61,215 nucleotides of DNA. It comes from a virus. Its lineage: Duplodnaviria; Caudoviricetes. Each line of letters starts with the position of its first letter. The first letter of the stretch is position 1. The position numbers were made by a program, and so were the translations under genes. The notes below the pieces were generated by a model, which saw only the letters and a program-made list of their open reading frames with translations, was not told where the DNA came from and ran no database searches. The stretch lies in the IMG/VR virus record IMGVR_UViG_3300028571_000029, positions 1 through 61,215 of that record; one strand, given 5' to 3'. Shown in pieces: positions 48,617 through 58,930 of this stretch.

Positions 48617-49375
48617 ATGGAAAATTTAGAAAACGTAAATCAGAATCAGTTAACATTATTTGAATTGTTAACTCCTTCGCAAGAAGCTCAAAAAGCAAAA
48701 GTAATTAATTACAGAGCAGAACAGGCTAAAAGGATACTTGATAGAGATGCTCGTACTGTGAACTTATTATTAGAGAACGGCTTTGTTGAAGGTGTTCATT
48801 TTAAATCTAATACTAAGATTGTAAAAAATGTTACCAAGATTAATGTAGGTTTTCATTATGGTGAAAAAATGATCGATATTGAAGTTGAGGATGCTCAAGG
48901 TTGTGTTTCTATTATATATGATAGATTAAACAATAATGTTATAGAGAAGAATAATGCATATATAATGAAGACCTCAGAAGGTAAGTTAGAGTGTTCTCCA
49001 ATAACAGGTACTAATAGAGCATATAAGCCAAAATCATTACTTGAGAAATTATTATTAAAAAATAAACAAGCTGTTAGAGACTTTGAAGCTGCTAATAGGG
49101 ATAGATCAGTAAAAGAATATACTATTGAAAAGTATAAAGCTTTATTCCCTGAAGCTGAGATTATTTTAGATATAGATTATACTAACTATTCTTTCGGTTA
49201 TAATAAAATTAAATATGATCACTTTGATATACTGACTATTAAGTTCAAGAGCGGAAGTTACATTACATTAAGATTAGATTCGGAGATTGATAAAGAATAT
49301 ATCTATAAAAAATATAATGTTATAGAAGCAAAAGCATCAATTATTGATTTATTAAATGTTTATAACAACCAGTAA
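48617..49375 (+). CDS. hypothetical protein
   Basis: Behind a cassette. Confidence 0.7.
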   Translation: MENLENVNQNQLTLFELLTPSQEAQKAKVINYRAEQAKRILDRDARTVNLLLENGFVEGVHFKSNTKIVKNVTKINVGFHYGEKMIDIEVEDAQGCVSIIYDRLNNNVIEKNNAYIMKTSEGKLECSPITGTNRAYKPKSLLEKLLLKNKQAVRDFEAANRDRSVKEYTIEKYKALFPEAEIILDIDYTNYSFGYNKIKYDHFDILTIKFKSGSYITLRLDSEIDKEYIYKKYNVIEAKASIIDLLNVYNNQ

Positions 49376-49446
49376 TTATTTTAAAATAGTAGTTGCTCCT
49401 TCGGGGGCTTCTACTTATCTTTAAGTAAGATAAAAAAATAAAGGAT

Positions 49447-49623
49447 ATGGAAAATTCAAAACAACAATCGGTAATAAATCTAATCGAAAAAGTTCTATCA
49501 GAAAGCGATAGGATGTGGAATGAAAAAGGTAAATCAGATGCTTATATTATAGGCTATCTTGAAGGAGCACTTAAAATGGTTAAACGTGATTTAGAATCTA
49601 ATCTAGAAGCAGAAAGCAGATGA
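49447..49623 (+). CDS. small hypothetical protein
   Basis: MENSKQQSVINLIEK...AYIIGYLEG behind a cassette. Confidence 0.55.
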   Translation: MENSKQQSVINLIEKVLSESDRMWNEKGKSDAYIIGYLEGALKMVKRDLESNLEAESR

Positions 49624-50013
49624 GTATAGATTGCAAGAGGCAATCGATGAGAATAAAAGAGTTGCTCCTTCGGGAGTTTCTTCTTATATTCTATAGAGTA
49701 TGCCTGGAACGCCTACTTCTACTAAAACACATAGAGACTCTAAGGAGTCTTTTTTTTTGTAAGAAATTCCGAGACCAGTCCGACACCCGACTGACGGCAG
49801 TGTGACACCGGTATTCCACCAACGTAGTATCAGCCCATAGGCGGTATGGTATCAGAAAGAAAGCCTTAATCGCTGCATGACTCGAATCAAAAATTCTCAC
49901 CTTACCTCAATATATATTCATATATTAAGCATTCCCGTACGATATATCATTTAAAATAAAGTTGCTTTATTAATATATTAATCGTATATTTAAGTATTAA
50001 ACAAATAAAGGTT

Positions 50014-50688
50014 ATGAACTACTATAAGAAAAAACAAGAAGAAGCTATAAATCTTCGCAAGTTCACAAAGGAATTCACGTCCTCAGACGGAACTAAATCA
50101 ATATGGAAATATAATTTAGATAAACAGCCTAACGGTCCTTACGAAGTTGAGCAGGTTTATTCTAAAGATTACCAGACTGTTGAGCAGAAAATTAAAAAAG
50201 AAAACAAAAAAGTATCGAAATACGATCAAAAGTTTGTCAATCCAGCTAACGGAAGACTAATTTCATATTATAGAGCTAAATCATTAGGTATAACTAAATA
50301 AATTTCAATCATGTTAATATACGCAGCAATATATTGGTCGATAATCCTTCTTATAGGAATTTTTTACTTCGTAAAATCACTTAACGGAATATATAAATAT
50401 ATAATAACGTTAGGTAGAAAATACATAATTACACGAATACTAATCACTCTTCCGTTAAGATTAGCGGTTAGCTTCATAGCATCTTTAGGATACGGCATAT
50501 TGATATTTTTTCACGGCGTATTTTTTGCATGCATTCTTGTATTTATATATTCTATAATGGGTGGTCACTCGAAACTTATTATAGAATGGGTCGGACATAT
50601 GTGTATAGTATTACTCTTTATTCCGGTATTAATAACAATCACCGGCACATTATTAGATGAAATACACGATTTCAAACAGACTAATTAA
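50014..50688 (+). CDS. two hypothetical proteins (50014-50301; 50311-50688, membrane)
   Basis: ORF track. Confidence 0.55.
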
Positions 50689-50762
50689 AGCAAAAACCAA
50701 GATTCCTAGATTTCCCGAGAAGTAACCTTTATTCAAGAAATCAAAATATATATTTATATCAG

Positions 50763-51245
50763 ATGAAAAGAATAACCATACAGCAATCCCAGTTTTATAT
50801 ACCGTTACAAACAGAAAATATAAAACCTTGGACAAAGATATGTGCATTCACATTAACACCACAAGAAGATAACTGGGAGAAGGTGCATTATTATGGTGAA
50901 TCTATACTGGATGAAAAAGGTAACATTCGACCTACTGAATGGATATATATTTTAGTAAATAAATTAATGCCTGGAATATTAAAGATAGGCAGAACTACTA
51001 CATCTGTTAATCAAAGAGTCAAGGAAATTAATTCTGCAACTGGTGTGATCGAGAAATGGCATTGTGTTTATAAATACAAATGCGTTAATTCTCAATACCT
51101 TGAACAGGAAATTCATAGTTACCTCCAAGAAAGGAGCCTTAGAATTAATCCTCATAGGGAAGGATTCGAACTTGATGTACAGCAGGCTATAGATATTATC
51201 ACTGATTTAGGTGAAAAATATCAAATCCCTTTCTCTCCTCAATAA
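50763..51245 (+). CDS. T5orf172 / GIY-YIG-like domain protein
   Basis: WIYILVN...LKIGRT...RVKEIN...LEQEIH...REGF. Confidence 0.85.
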   Translation: MKRITIQQSQFYIPLQTENIKPWTKICAFTLTPQEDNWEKVHYYGESILDEKGNIRPTEWIYILVNKLMPGILKIGRTTTSVNQRVKEINSATGVIEKWHCVYKYKCVNSQYLEQEIHSYLQERSLRINPHREGFELDVQQAIDIITDLGEKYQIPFSPQ

Positions 51246-51408
51246 TATTTTATATGTAATATAAGATATCACCCTGCAATAGATACGTTGGCATTCATGG
51301 GGTTTTTAAGTCTCTGTAAGGGTTATGTTATATAATATACATATTATTTAATTTTATACAGCACTGATATTTATTATAGCTATATTTATAATATATCAAT
51401 ATATAACT

Positions 51409-52247
51409 ATGAGTAGTCTAGTATATTCTGAGATGATTTTCTCGGAGCAATTTAATGAACTATCCTATGAAGAACAGATAATTTATGCTGGAGTTATTTA
51501 CAGTATTGTTGTTGACAATTTTAAAAATATAGATTATGTTGATTTAATTAATAATATTGATGATATTATTATAGGATTGGATGAAATAGTAAATACTTTT
51601 ATAGGATTAGAACTAGTTGATTATCTAGAAGATATACTTGAGATAAGAGAGAGTATAAAAAAAAGTATTAAAAAATTATAGGTATTAGTTGCCTTTCTGC
51701 TAAAAAAACATTAACTTATTGTTCAACACATTGCAAACATAGCAATTTTTAAAAACATAACAGTGATTACGGTATTCGCAATACAAGGATGTAGTAAGTG
51801 TAAGGAATTAATAAAGATATTAAATATTGAAAACATAGATTATAAAGTAATATATGACGATGAACATGAAAGTTTATTTGATAATATAGAAGAGATAGTA
51901 GAAAGTAGTACATATCCTATTATAGGGATTCAATTCTCTTATGATTTATCAGGAAGGATAGGTAATGATATATATATAGTTAATATAGATAGTGAATCTA
52001 ATGAACCGTATGTACTAAAATATAATAATATAAATGAAGCAGTTAAACTAATAAAACAAAATATATGAAACACAAACAATTAATACTCACTAAGCTAGAA
52101 AAGATAGATGGTGAATTAACTAATCTTTCTTCCTTACTAAACTATACTAAAAGTATCAGGGAAGTTAAAGATAGGATATTCGAAATTAAAGAAAGAATAT
52201 CTGATGCTAGGACTATTATTAATAATGAAAACGAGTCAATGAATTAA
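51409..52247 (+). CDS. hypothetical (51409-51681), glutaredoxin-like (51763-52068, CSKC) and hypothetical (52065-52247) proteins
   Basis: CxxC and YPII in the middle ORF. Confidence 0.6.
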
Positions 52248-52267
52248 TATACCTTTAAATTAAGATT

Positions 52268-53053
52268 ATGAAATTAACAGCAGAACAAATCCAGGAGAAT
52301 TATGAATTGTTTATAAAGAATATTAACGATTATATTTCTTCACCTAGAAAAGAACAGTTATTAGAGTACTATAAAACTATCGAAGATATACTTATATTAG
52401 CTCCAGCATCTCATAAAGAAGGGTATCATAATGCTTTCCCAGGAGGATATATAGATCATGTAAATAGAGTAGTTGAAGCTAGTCTATATTGCTGGGAGAC
52501 TTGGAATCACTTTAGAGAGATAAGCTCATTTACTAAAGAAGAGCTAGTATTCTCGGCTATTAATCACGACCTCGGTAAATTAGGTGAAGGTAATATTCCG
52601 GGATACATACCTAATGAAAGTGAATGGCATGTAAAAAATCAAGGAGCGATATATAAAAACAATAATAAGCTACCATTTATGTTAATTCCTGATAGGTCTA
52701 TCTTTAATTTAATTAAAGCAGGAATCAATATATCTGAGAATGAATTTCTAGCAATTAAACTACACGACGGATTATATGAAGATGCTAACAAGCCTTACCT
52801 AATATCATTCAGTCCAGAATCTAGACTAAGAACATCATTACCGCTTGTAATACATCAAGCTGACATGATTGCATCTAGAGTAGAGTGGGAGAATCATTGG
52901 ATCCCTAAGTTAAATAATTCTCCAGACAGTGATATGCTTCAGAAAAAAAACACAGTTAAATCATATAATAATCAGAAAAATCCTTCAGCAGAGGCATATA
53001 AGCAACTAGCAGGTAAAAATAATTCATTAATGGATGCTTTTAATAATTTATAA
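52268..53053 (+). CDS. HD-domain phosphohydrolase
   Basis: APAS..YHNAFPGGYIDH, HDLGK, LHDG, HQAD. Confidence 0.85.
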   Translation: MKLTAEQIQENYELFIKNINDYISSPRKEQLLEYYKTIEDILILAPASHKEGYHNAFPGGYIDHVNRVVEASLYCWETWNHFREISSFTKEELVFSAINHDLGKLGEGNIPGYIPNESEWHVKNQGAIYKNNNKLPFMLIPDRSIFNLIKAGINISENEFLAIKLHDGLYEDANKPYLISFSPESRLRTSLPLVIHQADMIASRVEWENHWIPKLNNSPDSDMLQKKNTVKSYNNQKNPSAEAYKQLAGKNNSLMDAFNNL

Positions 53054-53054
53054 T

Positions 53055-53336
53055 ATGGAATCAATAATAATAAACATATTAATATGGGTACTTACCATTA
53101 TAGGATATGTAATATATAATTTATATAATAAAAATATAAAACTAGAGCGCATGGTTATAGAGCGTGAACAAACATTACAGTTACTAAGTAATATAATAAA
53201 TGAATCCGATAAAATACTATTAGATCTAGACAGAATCGGCGCATTTAAAAGTGATGATGAAATAGGATATTTCTTTAATACAGTAAAAGCTATTCAGACC
53301 ACACTTAATGAATTCGCTGTGAAAAATAAATCATGA
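53055..53336 (+). CDS. single-TM coiled-coil protein
   Basis: TM, FKSDDEIGYFF. Confidence 0.6.
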   Translation: MESIIINILIWVLTIIGYVIYNLYNKNIKLERMVIEREQTLQLLSNIINESDKILLDLDRIGAFKSDDEIGYFFNTVKAIQTTLNEFAVKNKS

Positions 53337-54097
53337 CAGAAAATATACAGGAAAATAAAATATTACTTACTCAAAAAGGTAAACTTAGAAAAAGAAAACC
53401 GAAACAATCGATTCAGTATTTTACACAGGAAACAGAAGATGCTATAATAGAGTATCTATTAACTAATAATGAATCAGAAAGAAATAAAATATTTAATGAA
53501 AGAATAAATTATGCATTTAATAAACTAGCTGAAAACATAATACATACATTTAAGTTCTATTATACAGAGGTAAATACTATAAATGAATTAAAACATGAGG
53601 TAGTATGTGTACTACTAGAAAAATTATCTAAATATAAACAAGGAAAGGGTAAGGCATATTCTTATTTTGGTACAATAGCTAAAAGATATCTTATAGTATA
53701 TAATACTAATAACTATAAGAAAATGAAAGGCAAAGCTACTTTATTAGAAGTAGATGAAGATAAATATATTACTGAAGGACTTGTTCAAGAACATAATAAT
53801 AATATTCATTCTGAAGAACCTCTATTAATTAATTATTATATTAAATATATTGATGATAATTTATTTAGATTATTTCCTAAAAATAAAGAAGCTAAAGTAG
53901 CAGACGCCATAATGGAATTATTTAGAAAAAGAGAAAATATCGATATACTATCTAAAAAAGCAATATACATATACATAAGAGAAATTACAGATTCCCCTAC
54001 TCCTACCATCACTAAAGTAATAAAAACACTGAAAGATATATATATTAAGGTTAATAACCAATATCAAGATAAAGGATATATATCAAAAAATATATAA
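53333..54097 (+). CDS. late-transcription sigma factor-like protein (T4 gp55-like)
   Basis: YFT, KLAENII, GKAYSYFGTIAKRYLI resembling sigma region 2. Confidence 0.6.
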   Translation: MTENIQENKILLTQKGKLRKRKPKQSIQYFTQETEDAIIEYLLTNNESERNKIFNERINYAFNKLAENIIHTFKFYYTEVNTINELKHEVVCVLLEKLSKYKQGKGKAYSYFGTIAKRYLIVYNTNNYKKMKGKATLLEVDEDKYITEGLVQEHNNNIHSEEPLLINYYIKYIDDNLFRLFPKNKEAKVADAIMELFRKRENIDILSKKAIYIYIREITDSPTPTITKVIKTLKDIYIKVNNQYQDKGYISKNI

Positions 54098-54123
54098 TAC
54101 GTAATATTTATTTAAAAAATAAT

Positions 54124-54468
54124 ATGGAATTTGATAATATAATATTCGGTAAAAAATCCTTCTCATCATTGCTTGAGGATATATATAATAATAGTAAGAA
54201 CAAAGAAAAGCAAATCCGTGATATGATCATTCAATTAAAAGAAATGATAAGCGATCCAGGATCAGCAATATTAATGGTACCATTACTACAAGGATATATT
54301 GAAGCAGGAATTAAGAATGATGAAGCACTAATTAAAATGGCGGGAATAGTTCAAAAAGCTATGAGTGCCAATCCTGGTGCTGAAGGTACTGACTTCCTAA
54401 CAGATAAAGATAAGGAGTTATTATTTGAAGAGATAAAGAAGTTTGAACCGGTAAAACAACTTAATTAA
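54124..54468 (+). CDS. conserved hypothetical protein
   Basis: ORF track. Confidence 0.6.
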   Translation: MEFDNIIFGKKSFSSLLEDIYNNSKNKEKQIRDMIIQLKEMISDPGSAILMVPLLQGYIEAGIKNDEALIKMAGIVQKAMSANPGAEGTDFLTDKDKELLFEEIKKFEPVKQLN

Positions 54469-54472
54469 TATA

Positions 54473-55429
54473 ATGAGTTTTGAAAGTTCATTATATGGTT
54501 TAAATAATATTAAAGCTGAATATTCACCTTTAATAATTGCTAGAGTAAAACAAATTATTCTAGATAGGATTGATATAAACGATTCTTTATATAAAGATTT
54601 TGCTGAATTAGGGGAATGGGGAGCAGTAGGCTATATAACATTCAGTATATTATATTCAGATAGAAGCTCTAATAATGCAAACTACTCTAATTTAATAGCT
54701 AAACCTTTCTTTTCTAATCTAAAACAATATCCTTTAATAGGTGAGGTAGTTCAAATAATACCAGGTCCGTCGTATAAATTAAACGATTCAAAAAGCAGAC
54801 AAGATTTTTATTACTATCCACCATTTAATACTTGGAACTCATCACATCATAATGCATTTCCTGATTTAAAGGAATATTCTAATTTTGTTATAGATAATAA
54901 AGTGACCTATAATAATGTCGGAGAAGGAAATAATCAAGGAAATAATAGCGGATATGAAGATTTTCCTTTAGGTAAAACATTTAAAGAAAGAAGTAATATT
55001 AAAGATTTATTACCTTTTGAAGGAGATATTATACTAGAAGGAAGATGGGGTCAATCTATTAGATTTGGAAGTACTGTTACTGGTAAAGGTATTGTTAATT
55101 CATGGAGCAAGAACGGAAGAGATGGAGATCCTATAACTATAATAAGAAATAATCAAGGGATTCAGTCTATACAGGAAGGATATATACCAACAGTAGAAAA
55201 TATAAATATAGACGGGTCATCTATATACTTAACATATAATCAAGTAATCAATATTCAAGATATATCAAAATATCCACTCGATACATTTGGTGTTAAATTA
55301 CAACTAACTCCTGATGAAGTAATACCTTTACAGACTAATCCATCAATATATAGCAGTACATCACCTTTCAATCAAGATATATCAGAACTAGAACAGGCTC
55401 AGAATTCATCAATAATAAATAAATCATAA
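54473..55429 (+). CDS. baseplate hub/spike N-terminal (gp5-like) protein
   Basis: YPLIGEVV, EGDIILEGRWGQSIRFGST; upstream of gp25. Confidence 0.6.
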   Translation: MSFESSLYGLNNIKAEYSPLIIARVKQIILDRIDINDSLYKDFAELGEWGAVGYITFSILYSDRSSNNANYSNLIAKPFFSNLKQYPLIGEVVQIIPGPSYKLNDSKSRQDFYYYPPFNTWNSSHHNAFPDLKEYSNFVIDNKVTYNNVGEGNNQGNNSGYEDFPLGKTFKERSNIKDLLPFEGDIILEGRWGQSIRFGSTVTGKGIVNSWSKNGRDGDPITIIRNNQGIQSIQEGYIPTVENINIDGSSIYLTYNQVINIQDISKYPLDTFGVKLQLTPDEVIPLQTNPSIYSSTSPFNQDISELEQAQNSSIINKS

Positions 55430-55872
55430 TGGCAATCAAAGAATATACGCCAGTATTTCCATATAAAGGCAATCAAGCAATTATATCATCTGGAAGAATA
55501 TTGTTTCACGCTAAAGAAGATTCTGTATTAATATTTGGAAAAAAAGCAGTCGGTATATCAAGCATAGGTCCTGTTAATATTGATACATACCAAGGAGTAA
55601 CTATAAGTTCTCCTAAGATAGAATTAGGACTAAAAGCTAAAGACGAAGGTGAAAATCTAATGCTAGGAATAACTACCAATCAAATGTTAGTAGAATTACT
55701 TGATGAATTAGAAAGAGTAGGATCCGCACTAACACAACTATCAACAACAGGATTACCAGCTGCAAGTATTGCTATATTATCTGCAGGGGAAGCGCTATTA
55801 AGTAAGTCACAGATCCTGAAAAGTAATTTAATAGATTTATCTAATCTTTCTAAAACATCATATACTATATAA
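55429..55872 (+). CDS. baseplate spike C-terminal-like protein
   Basis: Beta-repeat ISSGRILFHAKEDS, KIELG. Confidence 0.5.
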   Translation: MAIKEYTPVFPYKGNQAIISSGRILFHAKEDSVLIFGKKAVGISSIGPVNIDTYQGVTISSPKIELGLKAKDEGENLMLGITTNQMLVELLDELERVGSALTQLSTTGLPAASIAILSAGEALLSKSQILKSNLIDLSNLSKTSYTI

Positions 55873-58028
55873 TGTCAACAAACCCTGTTAGAAATATTAG
55901 CTCACTAGAATCGAAATCTCTTACAAAGAAAGTTCAATCAATTCCTTTTACGCCATTTCTTTTCAGAAGTATAAAAGCAACAGGATCAGAAGCAGGTATA
56001 ATAAATCTAGCTAAAGATATTAGTAAGATTCAATCTAAAATAAATTTAATATATTACGGCGATAAAACCAATCCTAACAAAGGAATAAAATTTCCTTTTA
56101 AGAAAGAGAAAATAGACGGAATATTACCATTATTAAACGAAATTAATAAAATAGATTTTTGCAACCTAGTATCATATGTACTAAATAACTTACAACTAGA
56201 TAATAATAAAGGCCCTTTAAATATAGTAGGAACAGTTAAAGTTAAAGCTAAAGAACTAATACCAATTATAGATGAAATAATACTAGGATCAGTAAATTAC
56301 AATAGTAATGCATTAACAATTAATGATATTGTTATTATAACACAGGATATTGCACTTTCTAATAATATTGACACTAAAGGAAATGTAGTTACATTTAACG
56401 TTAATGATAAAATAACAATAGAGGATAATAACATATTAAATACTTTAAGAAAGAATCCTACATCATATGTAAAAACAAATAATAAAATTAAACAAGTTTT
56501 AATTAAAGTTAGAAATCAAGTGCAAGAATTATCTAGCTTAACAGAAGATCCTGATGTTATTTCATTAGTATCCCAATTAACTCAAAGTAATAATTTTATA
56601 AAGGATTTTAATAGAAAACTAGATAAAAATATTTCTGCAGAATCTATACCTAATAGTGAAGTCAGAATTATTCTTAATCAAATTAAACAACTAAGAACGA
56701 TATTATCATTGATATCAGGAATAAACAGCTACAGAGATTCACTAGGATTAGTTCAAACCGTAACAAATCTTAATATCGGAGAACAAGAACAAAGAATTCA
56801 AAAATATTTAAGTATTGATAAATTATTACCCACAATCAGGACACTACTAAATAGTGTTAATACGATTAATCAAATGGGTTTAAAGATTCTTAAATTTGTA
56901 AAACTTATATTAATATACATAAAAATACAGACAGTAATATTAAAAGTATTAAAAAAAGTAGTAAAAATCTTTAATAAATTACCGCTACCCTTAGCCTTCC
57001 TAATGTTCGGCATAACCTCCACTATTGAAGGAGGTAAAGACGCTATCTTAAAACAAATAGATGAAAGATTAAAAAGACTATCACAGTTAAATACAACAGT
57101 CGAATTAATATACCTGACAGTACAAAACATAACAGTTAAGATACAGTATATTAATAAACAGTTACAAATTCTCCAAAACAACATACAATTATGTAATCAA
57201 ACAGATAACTCACCAATAATTAATGAATTAGATAATACCAGAAAAAGATTAATTAATACTTTAGAAGATCTAGATAAATTTAGTTCAAAATATACTCAAG
57301 CAGGTCAATTAAATGAAAATATATTTGGAGGGTTTATATTACGTATACAAGAAGAAGTGTTAGTAGATGAAGGAATAAAATATAAAAGAAGAAGAGGAAT
57401 TGCAATAGATTCTAACGGAATATTAGTAGAACAGACAGATCTTACCTTTGCTACAGATATCTCTATAATAATTGAAGAGTTAAAATTAAAATTACAGAAT
57501 AAAGGCCTGATTCAAGGAATAGGAGATACAGGGTCACAATATCCTGATCTAGATATTTTAGTTAATGAAATATTAACAGACTCAGACATCCCTGATTTAG
57601 ATCAAGATAATTTATCTGATGAAGAATCAACATCAGAATACATTGCTATTCAATCTGAATTAAACACCGTAATTAATGGAATCAAAGGCGCATCCAAGCT
57701 TAAGAAGAGAGTTAAAAAAAATATAGAAGGAACTATATCAGATACAAAACTAAATATACAAAATCAAAACAACATACCATCCGCAAACGGATCAATTAAT
57801 AGTATCCTATCAAATACTACACAAATAATCAATACAGGCGTTGAATCAGCAACTGCTAATGCAAATATATTATCTGATGAAGAAAGGATTAAGCTTGAAC
57901 AGGATCTGGTAAAGTTAAAGCAATTAATATTAACCGCAGGTCCTTTATCAATAGATAATATTAATATTAAAATTAAGGTAATTCAAGATAAATTAGAAAA
58001 GGATAAAATAGCTAGGGGAAATATATAG
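55872..58028 (+). CDS. large helical virion-module protein
   Basis: 718 aa ORF inside the baseplate block. Confidence 0.55.
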   Translation: MSTNPVRNISSLESKSLTKKVQSIPFTPFLFRSIKATGSEAGIINLAKDISKIQSKINLIYYGDKTNPNKGIKFPFKKEKIDGILPLLNEINKIDFCNLVSYVLNNLQLDNNKGPLNIVGTVKVKAKELIPIIDEIILGSVNYNSNALTINDIVIITQDIALSNNIDTKGNVVTFNVNDKITIEDNNILNTLRKNPTSYVKTNNKIKQVLIKVRNQVQELSSLTEDPDVISLVSQLTQSNNFIKDFNRKLDKNISAESIPNSEVRIILNQIKQLRTILSLISGINSYRDSLGLVQTVTNLNIGEQEQRIQKYLSIDKLLPTIRTLLNSVNTINQMGLKILKFVKLILIYIKIQTVILKVLKKVVKIFNKLPLPLAFLMFGITSTIEGGKDAILKQIDERLKRLSQLNTTVELIYLTVQNITVKIQYINKQLQILQNNIQLCNQTDNSPIINELDNTRKRLINTLEDLDKFSSKYTQAGQLNENIFGGFILRIQEEVLVDEGIKYKRRRGIAIDSNGILVEQTDLTFATDISIIIEELKLKLQNKGLIQGIGDTGSQYPDLDILVNEILTDSDIPDLDQDNLSDEESTSEYIAIQSELNTVINGIKGASKLKKRVKKNIEGTISDTKLNIQNQNNIPSANGSINSILSNTTQIINTGVESATANANILSDEERIKLEQDLVKLKQLILTAGPLSIDNINIKIKVIQDKLEKDKIARGNI

Positions 58029-58073
58029 TAATATAATATTAACAAAATTTCATAATTAAAATATTTATAATAT

Positions 58074-58517
58074 ATGAGTAAATTAGATGTTCTAAGAAAA
58101 ATAATTAGAGAAGAAGTTCGAGGAGTTATAAGAGAGGAGTTATCACACCTGTTAAAAGAAACGGTAAGTAAAACTCCTGTACTTAAAAATAAGACTAGAC
58201 CTATATCACTAAAAGAGCAATTATCTACAGGTATTAGTTCAAAAATAAATAAATCATCAGATCCTATAATGGATTTATTGAATGAAACCAAAATGAACAT
58301 GACTGGTGAAGATTATAGAACTATTATAAATGCAGAGGCAAACATGGCACAAGGATTTGGACAATATTCTATGAATACTAATACCCCTGTAGTAGAAAGC
58401 GTGGATCAAATGCTTGCAAACTCAAGGCCTGCATTAGATGTATCACACGTACAAATTGACTCAGTTCCAGACTTTAGTGCATTAATGAAAACAATGAAAA
58501 ATAAAGGACAAATATAA
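58074..58517 (+). CDS. hypothetical protein
   Basis: LRKIIREEVR...IREEL N-terminus. Confidence 0.6.
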   Translation: MSKLDVLRKIIREEVRGVIREELSHLLKETVSKTPVLKNKTRPISLKEQLSTGISSKINKSSDPIMDLLNETKMNMTGEDYRTIINAEANMAQGFGQYSMNTNTPVVESVDQMLANSRPALDVSHVQIDSVPDFSALMKTMKNKGQI

Positions 58518-58930
58518 TGGCATATCAGGTAAGAAATATCAATCCATTAGACCTAAAAAAGAGTACTGGAATTGGTGTATCTATACCTTTTAGTTCTAAA
58601 TCTGTATTTACAACAGTATATACTACTCAAGAACAGTTAAAATATAATATTATCAATTATTTATTAACAGGAAGGAGAGAGAGGGTGTTTAATCCTAATT
58701 TCGGAGCAGGTTTAAGAGATTTATTATTTGAAAACATTACATCGGAAAATATACAAAATATAGAATTAAGCATTAAGAGTGGGTTAGAGATAAATTTTTC
58801 AAGCATTACAATTATAGAACTCTTTATTAAACCAGAACCTGATAATAACACTATCGTGGTTAAATTTAGTTATATTATTAATAATACAGGAATAGAAGAT
58901 GAAATTAATATAAACTTCCAAAATGGATAA
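58517..58930 (+). CDS. baseplate wedge gp25-like protein
   Basis: NYLLTGRRERVFNPNFGAGL. Confidence 0.88.
   Translation: MAYQVRNINPLDLKKSTGIGVSIPFSSKSVFTTVYTTQEQLKYNIINYLLTGRRERVFNPNFGAGLRDLLFENITSENIQNIELSIKSGLEINFSSITIIELFIKPEPDNNTIVVKFSYIINNTGIEDEININFQNG

Larger units (their letters stand above)
44932..50013. repeat. about 14 repeated promoter/5'-UTR cassettes, most preceding a small gene
   Basis: GTTG-N20-TAnnTTTA...AAACAAACAAAATAAAGGTTATG at 45053, 45251, 45659, 46079, 46422, 46668, 47160, 47477, 48413, 48550, 49392, 49661, 49961 and minus-strand 45011; five contain a GCTCC-TTCG-GGAGC-type hairpin. Confidence 0.85.
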
